Origin: Escherichia phage P817
Length of the DNA: 50,751 bases
Direction: 5' to 3' (one strand)
Sequence record: MZ826699.1
The notes under the pieces are model-generated. The model searched no databases. It was given only the letters and a program-made list of their open reading frames with translations, and was not told where the DNA came from. Positions 47,411-50,751 of this stretch are shown in pieces. Within the stretch, counting starts at the first letter, position 1; each line of letters opens with the position of its first letter. The translations under genes and the position numbers were made by a program.

Positions 47411-48184
47411 TCATGATACTTCCCCGTTTGATGTTGTAAAATCAGGAATTGCCCAACAACGGCAACCGTAAGGCTCGCCAGGGAACGGATGGTCACTTGA
47501 GATCTCAATGCGTTTACCTTCCCATTTAACGTGTTGTAATCGCTCGCGTTCATCCAGTTTACCATGCCAGAAATAGTGAGTTACTCCAGCATCATCAAGT
47601 CGCTGGCGCATCAGTACGCTGTTCCATGTGGACACGATTCCACGTGAGCGATTCACGGTCCAGCCAGTATACACCTTGTAGCGCTGCTTTAAAACTTCAT
47701 CAACCTGCTGACTGGTTTTATTGCGCACGTTTTCGACGCGTAGGTTTTGCGACCAGTCAGAGATGATGTCTCTCGCTAACTTTAAAATACTCGCCTCAGC
47801 CGAACCGCGCCATTGCGATGACTTCTCGCGATACCATGACTCATTGGCATTCGCCCCAAGCGCGCCAAGCAAGATCACAGATTGATTCTTTCCGCCACCT
47901 GCCTTCTTAGCCACGTTGAGGAATTGCTTTGAGTTGAACTTGTATATAGTCAGGGCCAGTGCCGGAAGTGTGGCAACAATTGCTGCGATCATTCCGGCAG
48001 CGTATTCCTCTAGCTCATCCTCTGCATCATTGATTTCTTCGTCCGAAGCGTCGAATCTCATCCCACCAGTAAGCGATCTGGCTTTCTTTGCCATCTCGCC
48101 TGCGAAGGTTGACAATGAGCGGCTAAGTTGCCGCTCGCTTGCTTCGGGGTAACTCCATTGATTTACAATGCCGTTAACCTTCAT
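47411..48184 (-). CDS. head morphogenesis / minor head protein
   Basis: 257 aa immediately downstream of portal. Confidence 0.5.
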   Translation of the reverse strand: MKVNGIVNQWSYPEASERQLSRSLSTFAGEMAKKARSLTGGMRFDASDEEINDAEDELEEYAAGMIAAIVATLPALALTIYKFNSKQFLNVAKKAGGGKNQSVILLGALGANANESWYREKSSQWRGSAEASILKLARDIISDWSQNLRVENVRNKTSQQVDEVLKQRYKVYTGWTVNRSRGIVSTWNSVLMRQRLDDAGVTHYFWHGKLDERERLQHVKWEGKRIEISSDHPFPGEPYGCRCWAIPDFTTSNGEVS

Positions 48185-48186
48185 GA

Positions 48187-49464
48187 TTATTCCTCGTTGT
48201 TCACCTGCGGGTTAATTGGTTCGATTTCTTCAAGCTCCGGCGCTGGGCCTTGCATCTTGATAAAGTCTGCGATTGCCTCAAGTGTATCACGCGCTTCGTC
48301 ACGGTCAATAACCTGATCAGCCAACAGCTTTGAAAGCGATTCAACGTTATTCTTCAACGTCTCGGATTGTTCTTTCTCGCTTGGCATTGATAGTGGCTCG
48401 AATCGAACTGACCATTCCTCTTCCTGCACAATCATAGGAATTAACCACTCCAGAAGCGGCCTGTAATACTCGTTACGCTTGCGGTCAATCATCTTGTAGA
48501 AAGTCTCAAGCGCTGTGTTCTGGCTCGCTGACACGCCGCCTACGTTCTTATTCTTGAGGATGATCTCATGAATCTGCGAGTAGTTGACGATGCGGTCCAT
48601 CTTCTTATCCAGGAAAGCATCAACGCCGCCAATGTCTGAGTTAAGGACGTCGTATTCTTCGTCGGTGGCATCAATGCCAATCGTTCGGCCTACGCCGCTA
48701 TTGTCATCAACCTGAGCTAATCGCAGTCGAGCCGCGTAACGCCCTTCGTCATCGTCGCACAAATCAGCCAGTCCTTTTGCTTTCCATACGCCTTGCTGCT
48801 TACGGCGCAATAGCTGAGTAGCCAGTTCTTCACAGTAGTTGTAGTCCAGGATGGCGTCAATCAAGCCCTTACTCAGCACCGATGCGCCCCAATCGTTATT
48901 CTGCGCGCGAAGTGAGTTAGGTACGCTCTCGCCGCCGTTAACATAGATTCGCGTGTAGTGTACGTCGTATTCCGGTACGCTTCCGCCAGGGTTAATGGTG
49001 TAAATCTTCGGCATACCATAGCGAGGGTTGCGTGCGTTCTTCTCGCGGTCCTTGATGCGGATCTGCTCTTTCTCGTACACTCGGATTGATTCAAGCTGCG
49101 CACCTTCCTTGATTGGTGATGTCAGGAGTCGGTTGTCACGGACGACGGCAACGATAGCGGAACCACCATAAAGCCGCTCCCATGAGAACGCCTCGACAAT
49201 CTGCTTGTTCAGCTTCATGCCATCCCACAAAGATTTGAACGCCTTCTCATCCTTCACCCCGTCCAGGCCGAATCCAGGGAAAACCATTTCCTCTGGAATA
49301 ACATCGACAATTTTCTTAGCCATAGGATCATCAATGTAAAACTGCGTCACATACATCTGATCGTATAGCGATGCAAGCGCGCCGCCTGCCGTACCTTCAC
49401 CCTTAAACGTCTTGTTGTAAGAGTCGGTCTTAACGCTTTTTTTACTCATCTGTTTTTCTCCCAA
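48187..49464 (-). CDS. portal protein (likely ATG start at 49449, MSKKSVK)
   Basis: 425 aa immediately downstream of terL. Confidence 0.7.
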   Translation of the reverse strand: MGEKQMSKKSVKTDSYNKTFKGEGTAGGALASLYDQMYVTQFYIDDPMAKKIVDVIPEEMVFPGFGLDGVKDEKAFKSLWDGMKLNKQIVEAFSWERLYGGSAIVAVVRDNRLLTSPIKEGAQLESIRVYEKEQIRIKDREKNARNPRYGMPKIYTINPGGSVPEYDVHYTRIYVNGGESVPNSLRAQNNDWGASVLSKGLIDAILDYNYCEELATQLLRRKQQGVWKAKGLADLCDDDEGRYAARLRLAQVDDNSGVGRTIGIDATDEEYDVLNSDIGGVDAFLDKKMDRIVNYSQIHEIILKNKNVGGVSASQNTALETFYKMIDRKRNEYYRPLLEWLIPMIVQEEEWSVRFEPLSMPSEKEQSETLKNNVESLSKLLADQVIDRDEARDTLEAIADFIKMQGPAPELEEIEPINPQVNNEE

Positions 49465-50751
49465 TAAAAAAGGCTAGGTTGTTAGCCTAGCCATTATACA
49501 TTATTTGCGCATTCCCGCTAATCGTTTCATTCGTGCTACCGGATCATCAAGCAAGTTCATTTCGAAGTTGCCAGCATCAACAACGTTATCCACGATGTCG
49601 TCGTGAGGATGGCTATCGTCAAAGGTGAAGCCGACCAGTTCCGCTTCCATTTCAGTAAGCATTGGGTGTGATTCAGGAAACACGATTCGCCCTGCTTTCA
49701 TGATTGGTGCTGCGTCCATTGCACGCGTAACTTTATCGGTATCTCGCTGCACTGGCGTGATGTCAATCGGAAGCTTCTTGTTGATTGACTGAATCAGGCC
49801 CGTACCGCTCGCCTTGTCTTCAATGTAAACCTTGCGTAGTGACGTCTTGTTCTCCTTCGCCCACTTGAAGCAGTTTCCGTAAAAGTTAAGAGCCATCGTT
49901 TCAAGGTCCGGCGCTTCCCACTTACCGCGAATGCCGTCTATGAAATATACGCGATCCTTATACTTGCCCCACAAAACAAAGACGCTGTAGTCGTGTATTT
50001 CCTCTGCCTTCTGCGCTGTATCCGCAGTGGTGAACAGGTATTCGAAGCGATCCGGTTTTGGCATGTTGGCTTTTTCGCCGTCGCCGTAATACTGGAACCA
50101 GTCAGACTTAAACGCGTTACCACCAAGCGCGATGGGCTTCTGCTGATACTGTGATTCAAACGTGTAAAGGTCAGCTTCGCGCAACGCCAGCAGGCTCTCC
50201 GCGCTCTCCTTTGCAGGCCAGAAAGAGAAGTGCTCAACCCCGTCAATCATTACAGATGGAGAGGATAGCACGTCTCTGTCAAATTCCTCTTTCAACCAGT
50301 CAGGAAGCGTGTCTCTGTATTCCTCAGTTACCAGCGCCGGAATGATTACCTGCTCAAACTTCATGCCACCCATACCGCCATTCATCAGGAACCACGTCGA
50401 GTCGTTAACGTGCAGTCGCTGCTGCACAACAACGCATGGCGTTCTGTCAGTCATACGACGTGATCGCACGGTGTTTTTTAGCAGTGTATGAGCCGCCTTG
50501 CGCTTAACGGACGAATACATGTCTTTCGGTTTGTCGGGGTCATCAAGCGTTAACATTCCGGTAAAGCTCCAGGGTTTACTGGGGTCTTCCATGTACCCGC
50601 CACGCTTACCAGTTACCTGGCCGCCGATCGCACGTGATGTTAACGTCAGCCACGCCTTATCGTTATCGTTAAGTGCGGTAATATCGCCACCGGACGCCTT
50701 AGCAAGTTTGGTAGGCCATAGCTCCTGGAACTCATCGCAACCGATAATCTC
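49385..50751. repeat. 1367-bp terminal duplication of positions 1..1367
   Basis: Direct sequence identity at both window ends. Confidence 0.85.
49501..50751 (-). CDS. terL: terminase large subunit, second copy, 3' portion (truncated by window end)
   Basis: Identical to 117..1367. Confidence 0.7.
   Translation of the reverse strand, partial: EIIGCDEFQELWPTKLAKASGGDITALNDNDKAWLTLTSRAIGGQVTGKRGGYMEDPSKPWSFTGMLTLDDPDKPKDMYSSVKRKAAHTLLKNTVRSRRMTDRTPCVVVQQRLHVNDSTWFLMNGGMGGMKFEQVIIPALVTEEYRDTLPDWLKEEFDRDVLSSPSVMIDGVEHFSFWPAKESAESLLALREADLYTFESQYQQKPIALGGNAFKSDWFQYYGDGEKANMPKPDRFEYLFTTADTAQKAEEIHDYSVFVLWGKYKDRVYFIDGIRGKWEAPDLETMALNFYGNCFKWAKENKTSLRKVYIEDKASGTGLIQSINKKLPIDITPVQRDTDKVTRAMDAAPIMKAGRIVFPESHPMLTEMEAELVGFTFDDSHPHDDIVDNVVDAGNFEMNLLDDPVARMKRLAGMRK

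Noticed and set aside
49501-50592. Apparent second terminase gene (363-aa ORF)
   Set aside because: Exact duplicate of 117..1208 within the 1367-bp terminal overlap, not an independent paralog.
1-50751. Lysogeny module (integrase, CI-like repressor, attP) and tRNA genes
   Set aside because: No ORF with recognisable tyrosine/serine recombinase or repressor features and no tRNA-like cloverleaf seen by eye; a proper tRNAscan or HMM search was not possible, so this is absence of evidence only.

Overview
The window is essentially one complete genome of a virulent, T1-like siphovirus (Drexlerviridae-type gene content), assigned from gene content and motifs read by eye; no database search was possible. 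Positions 1-1367 are repeated at 49385-50751, so the unique unit is about 49,384 bp; the window starts inside the portal gene and ends inside a second copy of terL. Layout: minus-strand early small genes (10800 to 2319, including a split kinase/HAD-phosphatase end-healing pair); minus-strand packaging and morphogenesis genes (terS, terL, then wrapping to portal, scaffold/protease, collagen-tailed decoration protein, major capsid, connectors, major tail, G/G-T chaperone with -1 frameshift, tape measure, lambda M/L/K/I/J-like tip genes); a plus-strand lipoprotein plus Gly/Asn-rich protein pair; a minus-strand recombination module (exonuclease, Erf-like annealing protein, SSB); a plus-strand HTH/primase-like/tail fiber block; a minus-strand helicase, VRR-NUC, Dam methylase and metallophosphoesterase block; a lysis cassette (holin, SAR endolysin, u-spanin) interrupted by a plus-strand HNH endonuclease; and a plus-strand early operon (11520-15872). 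No integrase, repressor, CRISPR array or tRNA was recognised. The most distinctive signals are a recurring intergenic box/stem-loop/box module (17 copies), a domain-deleted paralog of a 527-aa P-loop protein, a small acidic protein ending in an SSB-like tail, and two homologous AT-rich divergent control regions. Motif coordinates counted by hand may be off by 1-2 bp.
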